Assembly: GCA_003427395.1 (NCBI GenBank)
Contig: BFEA01000016.1
Coordinates: 614,867-678,866, forward strand
Source: Chara braunii
Taxonomy: Eukaryota > Plantae > Charophyceae
Direction: 5' to 3'
DNA length: 64,000 nt
A program made the translations under genes and the position numbers. Below the pieces are notes generated by a model. It saw nothing but the letters and a program-made list of their open reading frames with translations. It was not told the origin of the DNA and did no database searches. Positions 36,939-49,728 of this stretch are shown in pieces. The stretch's first letter is position 1. Each line of letters starts with the position of its first letter.

Positions 36939-37769
36939 TAAGTTCTATCATTTTTTACACACTGCAGAGAGGAACGGTAGACAAGCTTCAACCTTTTGTG
37001 ACGACAAAAATGCCCCTGACTTATGAGAAGAGGAACCATCTTCAGAGGCCTTAAAACATGTAAAGGGATTTAAGTTTGATACCTGCCACGGACCTCCACG
37101 TTCAACTTATAAAACAAAAAAAGTAAGACTAAAAGATCATTCAGTAAATAAACAAACCAACATCCTAACACTCACATATCCATCGTCAGTCGAGAAAAAA
37201 ATAGAAAAGGTAGAGGATAGTCCATCAGGTATGTACATCGTGCAGCTTGTGATTGTCATTCTCACTGTCTCAAAAGTATGGTTTGTACATCAAGCTTCAA
37301 ACATTAACCTGCATAAAACATAAACACAGACAAAAATCATATCTCCAGACACAAATGTGGTCAATTTTACCATTCCCGGAAACTCACACCCTGCCTTACA
37401 CAAACAACCTCAACCATCACCCAACTTTCTATAAAACAATACTTAGTTCTTCTAAAATTATCATTAAAAGAAGTATGGGTGAAAACCTCAATAAACACAA
37501 TAAACCACAATGACTAAGTCTTTGGGTTGGGTCATGAAAATAAGTTTGAGTTGAGTCATAAACCGGCCTGTTATTAAAAAAAAAAAAAAAAAATGATCCA
37601 TGTAGGATCATACCGAAACTAGTCAATCTTGAATCAAATAAAATGAAAAGTATTTGTAACGAAATACAAACGAGTATCCAAAATCATACTTAAATTTATG
37701 GCAAATAAACCTCATATCACATCATATTTTAATTCCTCATTAATTTAAGTTTTAATTTAAAAAAACAAT

Positions 37770-38135
37770 TGGCAACGCCTTCTCTGCATAGGGTGGTTTG
37801 CCAAGTTTTTCCAGCAAAATTTATACTAAGCTAAATATGAAATCTGAAATACGACTTCGACTTTACAAAGTCAAGTTATGCCTAACTCCCTGAATTAGTA
37901 AAAATTTGGGCAACACTATTTTTGGGGAAGTATTCTTCCAAAATTTATACTAAGACAGATATATGAATAAGACAAAAGTTGAATTTTGCAAAGAGAAAAT
38001 TTGACTAACTCCTTAGATTGTAAAAATTTCGGCAACACTTCCCTAACGAAAGTGACTTCTCAAAATTTATACAAAGTCAGATATGAAATCAGGACAACTT
38101 GACTATGAAAAAACTAAAATTGACCTAACTCTTAA
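37770..38135. repeat. Three ~120-135-bp diverged tandem units
   Basis: GGCAAC...CAAAATTTATAC(T/A)AAG...TATGAA...CTAACTC occurs three times. Confidence 0.8.
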
Positions 38136-38319
38136 GGCTTCAGCACATGGCGAGCATCTAAAATTGCTACCTATCAGAAGACAAGTCAAACTAGACCCAT
38201 AATCAAACAGACACATACAAATAAAGTAACTCTCTCACCAAGATCCCAAGTTGCTTTGACATAAGATAATTAATTAATCCTCCAATTAACCATTTGCCCA
38301 TCTTACAGATGGCATGACG

Positions 38320-39600
38320 TTATATCATTTTGCTTATAAACAATGTTCATCATGCCTTAGATCATACACGAATAGGTTGCACAACTTTTTTTTGTTTTCT
38401 TCTGGCATGTCACTAGGTTTTTGCTTAAAAACAATGTCTCGTCGCCCTGAACTGTTTAAATAACCAAACATAAATAATTCTTTGACTTTTCTTATGATAT
38501 GGGCATGATACTAAACCATTTTTCTTAGAAACAATGTTCCGTTTGCCTAGTTTACTTCCAATTATACAACCAACTTTACTTATTTCCTAAGTGATATGGC
38601 TTAAGTTATACTATTATGCTTAGAAACAATGTTCAACTATATGTTCACATGTAAATATAAATAAGTATTTCTGAATGTATACTCAGTTTGCACTTCGTGC
38701 ATGACTTCAGACTAAGTCATTATGCTTAGAAACAATGCTTAACCCTTCACAAAAATCCTCCCTCATAATGAAACAAAAGACTGAATCATTCTTCTTAAAA
38801 ACAATGTTCAATCTATCTCAAAGTCACGAAAGCATAAAGTTAGATCATTCTACTTAAAAACAATGTTCAACTTGAGTAAAAAAAACCCAAAAACAAACAG
38901 ATAAACCACGTTGTCGAGCGCATTGGCCCCCGCGTGAGCGAGGGCCCTCCCGGCCGCATCACGCAGGAGAAACTTAGCCTTTTAACTTTTCAGAGACAAC
39001 TCGGGGACAACACGGTAACCCGCGTCGACCCTTCACCGCTCCGGCCGAGTACGCCAGCTGTACACCCCACGGTCTCCTACGACAAGATAGGTTCCCGCGG
39101 GGCACAACTTACCTTCCCTAAGGGGCTGTCACCACCCTTAGGGGCGTATCCCCGCCGAGCTACTGTGACCCTGGCGCCGTTGCCGGGGACCACGGACGAT
39201 AGGTCGTACCACTGACTCTCCCTGTTTCGAACGAACGTCGGTGATGTCACACGTCAACGACGTCATACGTCATCGACGTCAAGCTTTAGGTCTCTTAGTT
39301 ATAGGATTGGTCTGAATAACCTTTGGCAACGTCAATGTCATCATGTTCCTCAATGAAGAGAGTCGGACAGTGTCCGACCTTCAAAAACTCAGGCACCCTC
39401 ACAGGGGTTTCTGTCCCGACAACGTCATTCTACTTAGGAACAATGCTTGACCTCGCAAATCAGACAGACAAACTCTAAAAAATAAACACAGCAACCAGAC
39501 CATTATACTAGAAACAATGTATGATCCATATATAATATATATATATATATATATGTATGTATATAGCACTGAGTCATTTTGCTTAAAAACAATGTTCATC
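38320..39600 (+). repeat. Array 1: ten copies of (T)CATTNTRCTTARAAACAATGTT with non-identical spacers
   Basis: AACAATG cores at ~38339, 38430, 38530, 38625, 38731, 38800, 38859, 39439, 39513 and 39588. Confidence 0.85.
38912..39180. mobile_element. Family A truncated copy inserted within the hairpin array
   Basis: TGTCGAGCGCAT start and the CAACTTACCTTCCCTAAGGGGCTGTCACCACCCTTAGGG block. Confidence 0.7.
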
Positions 39601-42399
39601 CTTTAATCAACCCGGTCAAACATATACGATACTACCTTCCTCCCACCTTCCCTCAGTTCATCTCTTAGCATGATTTCAATCACAAAATAAGATTGGAGAT
39701 TCATGCATGCATTTTTTTTACTTAGGCTGATTGGATTATGAAAAAACACAAAAATCATAAGGGTGCATGCATACACATCACTCATAATAGAGATATGGAA
39801 AGATAGGGGTTTCAATAAACACACACAGGAAAAAAAAGTTATATGTGAAGATTCCCTGCCTTCGGAACCTCATCTAGGTTCCGACAGATTTCCCGCAATC
39901 AGTGGGGCGAACCTTCCACAAAGGCCTTCGGGCGGATTACGGGTTTTGAATTCCGACTGCCGGCTTTCTCTCGTAACCAAATGGACCACTTAGAGGGGTG
40001 CACTCAGACTCGCTAGAGAGGGCCTCATAATCTTCAATGCGCCTAAGGGCCCCACAATGGTGGTAAAAAATGTGATGAAGACGGTCAACCCACGACCAAA
40101 CACAATACCTCAAGTTTTGCTAAAGAAATAATTGTGAAAGTCAGATAAATCAAATTATAAAAAAGGTAGAAATGCACTGACAGCACTCTGATGAACAGCC
40201 AAAGTGGCAACTCAATGGTCAATCAAGGCATATACTCGCCGCTACCAACGCTACAATTAATGTTCCCTTCTTGCTCAACGCATAGGGTGCGGTCACACAA
40301 CTACTTTATTCGAAAATATACAGTAGAAGGGTAATCAGTTGACGTTAGTGACAACGATCGTACCAACCTCAGCAAGGTAGTACACCTCAAGCAAAACTCG
40401 AGGACTGGGGAATGAGGACCCAACCAGCGTAGCAGTCCCTCATTACTGCAGCAGTAAGAACACTTTGCTAAAATGCAGCAACGTGTGGGTTACACAGTTT
40501 CGGCTCCTAGCAGGTAACTACCTTTCCTTTTCACTTTGCCTCCAACGATGAGCAACATCAATCTCCCTCTGGATGAAATAGTTAAATCTCACTCCTTCCC
40601 TCTCTTTCTCCTGCAATCCCAATCCCCGAGAGCGCTTGATTTTCGACACCGCCAGACTCAATCTAAAGGAGAAAATAAAATGGTTGGAGTGAAAACCACG
40701 GGTATGCCTGAACACCGTGGTGGATAAAAATGCCACCATAATCATGGAGCCTCATGATGACCAAGCAGCACCTAAGTGAAAAAACTTGTCGTGATGTACC
40801 AAGTGCTCAGCTATTGGTTGCACTTTAAAACTCACCAAACGTAGAAAAAATGGAAATAAATCTTTCGTTAGAAAACGGAAAGATACACATGACTCATTGT
40901 TATTTCTTTCTGCCCGTTCGATCGAAGTCGACCGCCTTGATTTGGATAAAGGTCACAATCTGAATCACGACGGGCTGCACTATGACCATGTTAAATCATG
41001 TGTGGAACCTAAGTGATGAGCACGTTAAACAATTGTTCGACCATCCTCCCAAATGTGAAAAATGAGAATGAATCTTTTCCTATAATATAGGGAGATATAC
41101 GGTATAATGGAGACGATCACCACTTTGACCTCCACCATGAAGAAGACAAATGTTACAATTAACATCGTACAAGACGATAATGCCAATGATATATGCATCA
41201 CTTAGACGACTGCTATAGAGAGGAGTATAACGAAACACAATGTCGTTGACGACCACGGGGCTGACAAAAATAACCACCTCGAAGACATTCGTTACGATGA
41301 ACGAAAACGAGATTAGAATGGTTATACCATAAGGGCAACCACGAAGGCAAGCATCTTAACAAAGCACACAAAATTCAAGATGATGACTACAATGACGAAT
41401 GTGGATGCACTGCAGTGTGCCTCGCTCCTTTCCGCTAGGACACAACCAGATGCAGCGCTCCCTGAACTCGAAGACCAACATGATGCAGTGTTGCCTCGAT
41501 CCAATTTTTTTGAAGATGAGCATCATTAAGACCGCGGCCACCTGGAGGAAATGGTCAACCCGCAGAAGTGAAGATGGCCACTACGAGGACCAGCGCCGAA
41601 AACTCTACCCACCAGGCACTACGACCACCGGAACCACTTCGAGATCGAGTACAATTAGCGGTTTCTGACGGGCATTATGAGCACGATAATGATGGCGAAT
41701 ACCACGAAGAGCGCCTAGGCCGAGCTGACAACTGTGAGGGAGAACGTCGGACACATGTGGCAAGCACGATCAACGAGACAAGGTCGGCAAGTGTCCGACC
41801 TTTACCCACCATATGCGAAAAATGAGAATGAATTTTCCCTTAGATTTGGGAAGAGGAAGATTCATCACTGCTTGTTTTATTAACAAAAAAGAAAAACGCA
41901 GGCTCTGGTGGTCGCACCGACCAATCCGATGCCTGAAATCATCATATGCCGCAACCAATCAATCCCCAATGTGTTAAAACCCCGAGTTTGCATCTTTGCT
42001 CGTCAGATTCTGTCAATAATCGGATGAGCTAAGTGTCGTCCTCTCCGCCATATCCATCTCACGTAACCTTCGCGCACTCCCTTTCTCTACAGACTCCTCA
42101 TACATGATTCTATTCACTAGTCTGATGCGACCCTGATACTCGCCTGACTTAGAAACCGCAATATCGTACTTTCACTCATCCGATTCCGCTAAAGAACGAG
42201 TGAGTTATGCACTTTCAATTGCGTCCAACCTGTTTTCCACCATCTCCCTCCTTAAATGTATCTGGAGAGAATCCATGCCAGATTCACCCATATGTTCTGC
42301 CTTTGCTACCCTCGTGTTCTCGTCTCTTTCCTTCGATGCTAATGCTGCGTTCGATAGCGGAAGATCCTACAACAGCTTGATGAAATTGTTCATCAGTTC

Positions 42400-42682
42400 T
42401 AGTTATCCCAAAGAAACTTCCGTGGGAACCAACTACTTTACCGCTTGATCAGTCTTTCGCCCCCTTTTACCCCTCACGAGACTCCCGTATTCGTTGAGCT
42501 TATCTTAGGACACATGCATTTCCCTCTAAAAGATGTGTTGTCCCAGCGAAAGTCCCTGCCTGACAACGTCTTTCGTTTGGATCGTACAACCCTCGAGGGC
42601 CTGCACTTTGGATCGAGAGGCAAAGACCGAGCCTGGGCTTCACCTCACGGAACGAGTATCATTAAGTAACAGTATTTCACCT
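42400..42682 (-). pseudogene. Degenerate chimeric fragments of cytosolic 25S/28S rRNA
   Basis: GTTATCCCAAAGAAACTTCCGTGGGAACCAACTACT..GATCAGTCTTTCGCCCC joined to GTTGAGCTTATCTTAGGACAC..AGATGTG..CCCAGC.AAA.TCCC..CCTGACAA..GTATTTCAC; both match the LSU antisense strand. Confidence 0.85.
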
Positions 42683-45003
42683 GCGTCATAAAGGCCAACT
42701 AGCCTCATTCGCCTGATTTCAGTGGGGCCCGAACTCGAGTCCATATTTCAACAATTCATGGGTGTACCAACAAAGTTAGGGCAGTTGGTTGCATGACCAG
42801 CCTCGAAACTAGTTGCATGGGTCGTGCCAGTCTTCTTTGTATTATTCCCGAAGGATAGCGTTGTGACCGTACAAAGACCTTTGTGGATGGCATCATTGGA
42901 TCAACCGGTCAAAAGTAATTCAGGATTGTAATATTCTATTCATCTACAACCCGTAGAGCTAAAACTCGGGTCTGCATTCGAACCGTTCATTTGTGTACCC
43001 ATTGAGCTATGCTTTTGGGTCTCATTATTTGTCCCGAGGCCAGTACTATTCTGTTATAAAAAAACGAGACTAAATAAAATAAAAATAAGATCGGGATCAG
43101 GAAATGAGGGAAAAAAAAACAGGACTGCTTGACACCCCTCCTACCCCGCGGTCGGGACACAGTCGAAACAAGCAACAAAACCGAGGGGGATGGTCGTGTA
43201 GGACCCTCAACCCCTTTGTTTTTCTCCATCGCGCTCTGGCGCCCTCTTGTCATCGGCGGCAACATAAAAATTGCAGCAGTTTTTGTGTCAGGATTATCAC
43301 ATATGGACACCATTTATAAATCGTTGGAACTATGTGAATTAGCGATTTGACCCGTAGGGTGTCACGTGGTTCACCAAAAGTGAAGGAATTCAACGCTGAT
43401 CACATATGGTGTAAACAAAGTATACTGTGCTCAACTGTTGGTCTGTTTGTTAAAACATGTTGAAAAATTATTGGAAGTGTGTTGATCAATTGTTGAACAT
43501 TGCGCTTGTTGTTGGAAAAAAATTCTCACTTTCTGTTCGGGTTGTGCAGTGGTGCGGTTGCTTCCCATATGAGTACAACAATTTTATATGTGGCAGATGC
43601 GAAATCGAGAAAACAACGCACATCTTTCTAGCAGGATGATGATATTTCATATAAGTCATTGAACATGTCATGACATGTAGGGTCATTGTACATGTAAGAA
43701 AGTATAATAAATTCCGGATATTTCACCACAGATCATGACCTGCAGAAAAAGAGGAAGATAACAGCGAAGTACATTAATTATAAAACATGTGTTGTATATG
43801 TCTTCATCCGCCAGCATACCACGATACAGCGTGTTTTTATATTTGTCAATCTTTGAGTCTTCGCCCATTCCTGAAATATAATAGACACTGAACATTTTCA
43901 CACAACGTTTTGATGACGTTGTCGAAAAATATGGGGGGTCGGAGAGGAGGATGAGAGACAAAGAGAGAGGGAACAATTTGATATATATACAGTTTACTTT
44001 CGCTGGAGATGGACTGAATTTCATTTTGTATTATTTAGTCTTTTGATACTCACAAAGCTGTGAGCGACCGACTATTTGGGTCATTGTGCTCAACCTCCAC
44101 CAAATTCTCTGTAACTCATTTTACGAATGGACGCGTGTGGGAACCTCAATAATATGGTTTGTTGCCTTGCTATAAGCATAATTGACTACTACGTGACACA
44201 ATTTGTCAGACATGTAAGTTTGAGACAAGAAGTGGCACGCAATTACCAACCTCGTAGGGCCGACAACCAATAACATTTGCGGGTTGTGGGTGATGTTCGT
44301 CAGCCAAATCTTTTCATCTTCAGACTGTACGTAGTTGTCTATGCGATTATTACACCAAAGTAGTTGAAGCGATTTGTGTTCTTTCTTCGATGAACTTTTT
44401 CCCTGTGCAAAATGTTAGGTTTTTATACATCATGGTGTTAACACATGACATAGTGAATGTTGCTCACTCCTTAATAAGTCAATGTTTTGTACACAACAGA
44501 TTCTACAATATTGTATCATAAATAATACGACACATGTTGTACACTCATTGTTTCAGTATCCTATTTTACAACCATTATCTCCGTTTGTTTGTTTGTGTGT
44601 GTGTGTGTGTGTGTGTGTCTCTCTCTTTCTCTAGAATACAATGATAGTGACCTACTGTAATGACAAATTTCGTTATGAACCTTCTAATTTGTATCTCAAC
44701 TCACTTGCCCCCCTCCCCCCCCCCATCTCCATCCAAGGACTGACACACAAACTTTTTTTTTTTTTCTCTCTCCGTTTCTGCATCTCTCACGGGTTTGTGT
44801 AATGATCTTCAAGTCCAAATCGCCATCTGTAATAGTTATGTTATTTGCCCCATTCCTCTGGACAACAGGCAAGCCAACCCGAAATAATGCGACGACCTAG
44901 GGGCAGACCAGCCAAAAATAATGCGCGCAACCTCCCGCGCTCGACGCGTAGCTGCACGCTGATGCGAGTTGCCTCCCTTGCTCGGGGCGCTCATGCGAGC
45001 AGC

Positions 45004-46240
45004 GTCGAGCGCATCGGTTCCACAGAGGGGACCCTCCCGGTCGTGTCATACAGAAAATTGCAGGACTTCGTCGCATAGAGTTGCCACTCCGGCGGAGTGC
45101 GCCAACCATGCCTCTCGCGAATCCCTACGACATGATAGGGTCACACGAGATACAACTTACCTTCACCCCTGGGAGCTTTCACCATCCCTTAGGTGGGCGT
45201 ATCCCCGTCGAGCTACCAGACCACGTACGTAAGTTTTTCGTATGCAATTGCAGAGGTCGCCCGACCGAGGGCGTTTCTCGTTCGCTGTAGCATAACAGGT
45301 ACGTGTGGTTAACACTCGAATCAGACCCGTGCGAGAATCATCATCTGAGGTGTTGATCTCTCAGACGCGATTCTACGCCAGTCGACTAGGACGGTCAAAT
45401 TTTACCACGTGATACATTTTACAAAAATAAAGTCAAACTCTGTACGCAAATCATGCCTAGCCCCTTGTTCACATTTGATACATAACTTTCACCGAAAGAA
45501 ATAGGTAGGTGTTGCACGCAAGACTCTGAATAAAAATTGTGGCAACGTAGACTTTGTCATATCAACCAGTCATGCATGAATATGCAAGTGGTCACATTCA
45601 TGACGTACTATGTGGTTCTCATAACCATGCGATCCTTAAGGATTTTGAGGGTTATTTTCGACACCCAAGTGTCAGCTGACACGCGTCCTAAGGGGTTAAT
45701 CCCTCGATGCTAGACAATCACGAATGCGATTGCAATGTCGAGCGCATCGGCTCCTGCCTTTTCGCAAAAGCGAGAACCCTCCCGGCCATGTCATGCAGGA
45801 GTTAAATAAAATAAAATAAAGAGACAACTTAGGAACGACGCAAAATAGCGTCGAGAACAACCGAGACAGGTGTGGTCACGTCGTCTCTTCGCCACTCTAG
45901 CCGAGTGCACCAACTGTACTTCCCATGGCCCCTTACGACATGATAGGTTCCCATGAGGTACAACTTGCTTTCCCTAAGAGGTTGTCACCACCCTTAGCAC
46001 CGTATCCCTACCGAGCTACTGACCCACATGTGAAAGTTTTTACGTGCAGTTGCAGAGGTAGGTTAGCCGATGGACGTTTACTCATTCGCTGCAGTATAGG
46101 TACGCTTGGTTAAACGTCAAAGTGAACCTTAACGTCGTCCGTTCCCTAGGGCCCTGGTTTCCTAAGTACAATCGAACATCGGTTGACTAGGGGGGTTTCA
46201 ACCAAGCGTGAAACCCACAAAATAATCCTAGTCCCTTTAC
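45004..46240. mobile_element. Family A, two adjacent copies (45004-45733 and 45736-~46240)
   Basis: Both start GTCGAGCGCATCGG and share the TACGACATGATAGG, CAACTT(A/G)C and GAGCTAC blocks. Confidence 0.7.
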
Positions 46241-49200
46241 AACTCTTTGAAAACGGAACAAATAAAATCAATACACTTTACATCCATCACGTAAGATCGG
46301 TTTTTGACTTGATGAGATGATATGCCAAAGTTATTTTTCCCAACCTATATAACTGAACAGACCTTTATAATGTCGTTCCCAAAGCGGAGGGCCCCTTTCG
46401 ACGAAACGGTTTTGAAAGGTGCAACCTAACACTTAATGTATGGGTGGGTTCGTTGACGCACCTACTAAACCCTGCCATGAGTGACTTCTGCAAGTATATT
46501 TCACTGTTACGATGCAGATCAACAAGTGGTCAGGCTCCTGGCTTAAGTTTGAATATCGGTTTGACCACACCTGCGCAACATATGTAGCTTGCTTGAAGGA
46601 AAGTATCATTTAGCGAATAAAACATTTGTTGGTTTCTTTGTCCTCCTGGACAATCATTACTTTTTCTGTTCCTCGAATGATTAAGTATCCATCTTCATCA
46701 TTAGGTTACTAAAAATAAAATTGTTGTCGTTATCACTGCACAAAAAGAACCATCACCTTCATTACCAACTCCTTCTTCTGGGCTGGAGCTTTTTATGTGT
46801 CCAACTTTTAATTCTAACGGTGACACCTAAGGTGTTCACCTGCAAGAACATAAATTAACACCCACGTCGCCCATGACTTGAAAAAGATTAGCCCACATTG
46901 CTTTGTCATGCACCCATCCCTCTAGGAAATGGTATGTGGATACTCCTTCCCTTGCCCGAGCCCGAAGTCCCGAATCTCAGAGGTTGGACGGTCACCACCG
47001 AGTCGGCAAAGTACCACCCCCGATGACTCGGGTCCACCCGAGTCGATAATAGGGCCAACTCCGAAAACATACGAACCTCCACCTTGGATGCTTCCTAGAG
47101 AGAAGGAATGTGTCTACCGCAAGTAGGTTTTAACTGTTTTTACTTTCCTAAGTCTAAAATAACTTAGACGGAAAAAAAATAGAAAAGATAAAAAACGAGA
47201 ATTATTTAGACAGGTACAAGATGATAAGGTTATTTGGGATAGAAAGGGTCAACTTTCCCGTGAAAAGGCTAAGTCTGTTTGACCTTATCTGCTTTATTAC
47301 AATCAAATTCGTTTTACGGTTCCCACATAATTAATATTTTTAAAAACAACGAATCCTTTCTAACACTCAGATAGGTAAGAAGTTAAAAAAAAAAAATCAT
47401 TTTCTCTTTTCTCAAATAGACATAATCAATCTCCTTTGCAAATATCCTTCTACCTACCTGCACAAAATGCCAAGAAAACAAGTACAAAAGAAATCAGTAC
47501 AATCTCATACTCAAGTTAGACCTTTTCATTCACATGCATGACTCGCATTACTTTCCTCTGCCTTTTCTTTCGAACATTGAAAATAAACTAGGTCAAGCAA
47601 AGTGTGGGTTCACATAGGTGTAAAGGGAAATCTGAGTCAATTAGTTGACCTTGAGTGAAGTTTGATCCGACTCACTCAAGAAAGCCGAGTAATATGCCAA
47701 TAAAAAAAAATAGAAGTCGTCTGAGTCCAAAATGCATGGCCCACAACTTCACCAGTTGTGGCCTTCCAATTGAATGATGGCCCACGCCCTTTTTTAAACA
47801 CCCAATCGATCAAGGACCAAGTCCACTAAAAAAAATCAATGAGATAACCCTTGAAGAGGGTATTCTCACACACGAGTTTCATATGGTTCCACGCTCTTGC
47901 CCGTCGCACTGGACGATCCCAAACACCAACACCGCTCGCACCGTGGATCCTCAAAAAATAACAACGGCCCTCCTTCGACTATAACCACCACGCTCACCAC
48001 CTATGACTGCCGATTCTACACAAATGGCCGCCGACTACCAGCAATTTGTGTTGCAATTCCTACTACAACTGCAAGACTTCGCCACCAAGTCGCACTGCAA
48101 CCCAACCTCCTTGCGGCTACGTTGCCGACGCTGCAAGTATTCGGCCACCAAGCTTATGGCTATGACCATTGACGTCCTACGATGATTGTGGAGTGCTCTG
48201 CTACGATCATGGAGTATTTTCCTTTCACTACCTCTCTTACTCCCATTACTTGCCGATCACTCACTCATCCACCGTAGCCACCTTCTTCACCACCTTCACA
48301 CACCTTGTCGATCACCCAAAATTTCGGCAGCACTTTCCCCCTTTCACTTTACAGTCTACTATGGAGTTCGGAAGCTCCTTCCCCGTTACGTCATAAAAAT
48401 TCGTCGCTGTGCCGCAATTTCAGCAACACTTTTCCCCTTCCACCTTGAGTCACGCGACCTCCGTACAAACACAAGGGTGAGGCAATAAACTCTCAGCATT
48501 TGACTATGGCTGCCTCTCCTCCACTCTCAACTTCCTGCAGACCTCCACTACTTCTCCAACAGCATCTCCCCCTTACTTGCAGACCACCATCTCCCTCAGC
48601 CTTCTCCCTCAACACAAGATTTCAGCAGCATTTCCCCTCAACAGATGCAACATTTGTTTTCTAGCAAATGAACAACATCATTGCCTCACAAGTTTGAGAC
48701 AACTAGGGGCAGTGGGATGCTTATATAGTCGAGGGAGGTGGTGGTAGCAGCCTCAGCTCTCAACCTTAAAAAGTTGGCAGTCTGACCTTTCTTAGGGGAA
48801 ATACTGTTGAAATTTTTGACATTTTTATACAGGTATCAGAGATACGGTAAGAAGATAAGAGTATTTCATACTCACTCAAGCATAGCTTGGTTATTGGCCT
48901 ATACTGTGTTGCGGGTCGTGTTCATTTATATTATCTTGTGGCTTAACTAGCCTCAAGTTGATCCTAGGAGGATCATCTTATGTTATCTTTTGATAACAGA
49001 TCGGTTTCCGGCTCAACTCTAATTCATTCTCGATACACAACCTAAGGTCTTAGCCCTTGTTGGTTGAATTGTTTCTTTGGGTTTTTACCAAAACTTTTAT
49101 TAAATGAACATTCAAAAAAATTTGAGTGATTTCTTTTAAAAGGTTGGATAAAACTGGGGTTTGTGTGAATAAGGCAAGGGGTGTGAGGGCGAAGAGTGGT

Positions 49201-49465
49201 TGAAGTTGACCTCGTGTAGTGTATGGTTTGTCGATGTGGAATCCTTGAATTGATTGCATGTATACTTTGTCGTTCGAACTCTGGATTTGACTTTGTCTGC
49301 AATCATGTATACAATTGGAAACAAGTCATACTGTGACTGTAAGAGTGATCACCTAGTGCCTAATTTCCTCTTGTATTTATATATTGAGTATTCACGTAGT
49401 ATATCTTGAACGTGCGTAAGAACCGAGTGAATTAAAATCGAGATAATATATATATATATTTTTTC

Positions 49466-49517
49466 CCATGCTAGTCTTCTCTGTATCGTTTCAATTTTAA
49501 CAGATGTCACGAAGGAC
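49466..49517 (-). pseudogene. U6: U6 snRNA 5' half
   Basis: Reverse complement GTCCTTCGTGACATCTGTTAAAATTGAAACGATACAGAGAAGACTAGCATGG. Confidence 0.88.
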
Positions 49518-49728
49518 ATAGATCCCTTATTTTTACTTTTGTTTTTTATAAATTTTTGTAGTTGGACGTTGAGGTCCGTGACAGCTGTCAAAGTCAAACC
49601 GCTTGACCTGTTTCTAGGCCTTCGATGATGGAGCCTCATTCCCAGGGTCAGCAACGCTTAGCCGCTACTAAGGGTCGAAACCCACCTACCCCTCCTCTCC
49701 ATAGGGTGCAGAAGAGGGTAGGTCTTGC

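Larger units (their letters stand above)
36938..40400 (+). mobile_element. Large unclassified element, copy X (body, ~120-bp tandem units, hairpin array, structured leader, ATG at 40057)
   Basis: Colinear homology with 54870-56200 (+), 63650-64000 (-), and the reverse complements of 48740-49728 and 51860-52804. Confidence 0.7.

Noticed and set aside
38320-39600. Bona fide CRISPR array
   Set aside because: Repeats are degenerate, spacer lengths are irregular, the context is eukaryotic and there are no cas genes; kept only as a hairpin-array finding
49518-49560. TATA-like TTTATAAA about 30 nt upstream of the U6 5' half, suggesting a native U6 gene promoter
   Set aside because: The same upstream sequence occurs at ~37095-37140 without U6, and there is no clear TCCCACATCG USE, so it belongs to the host element
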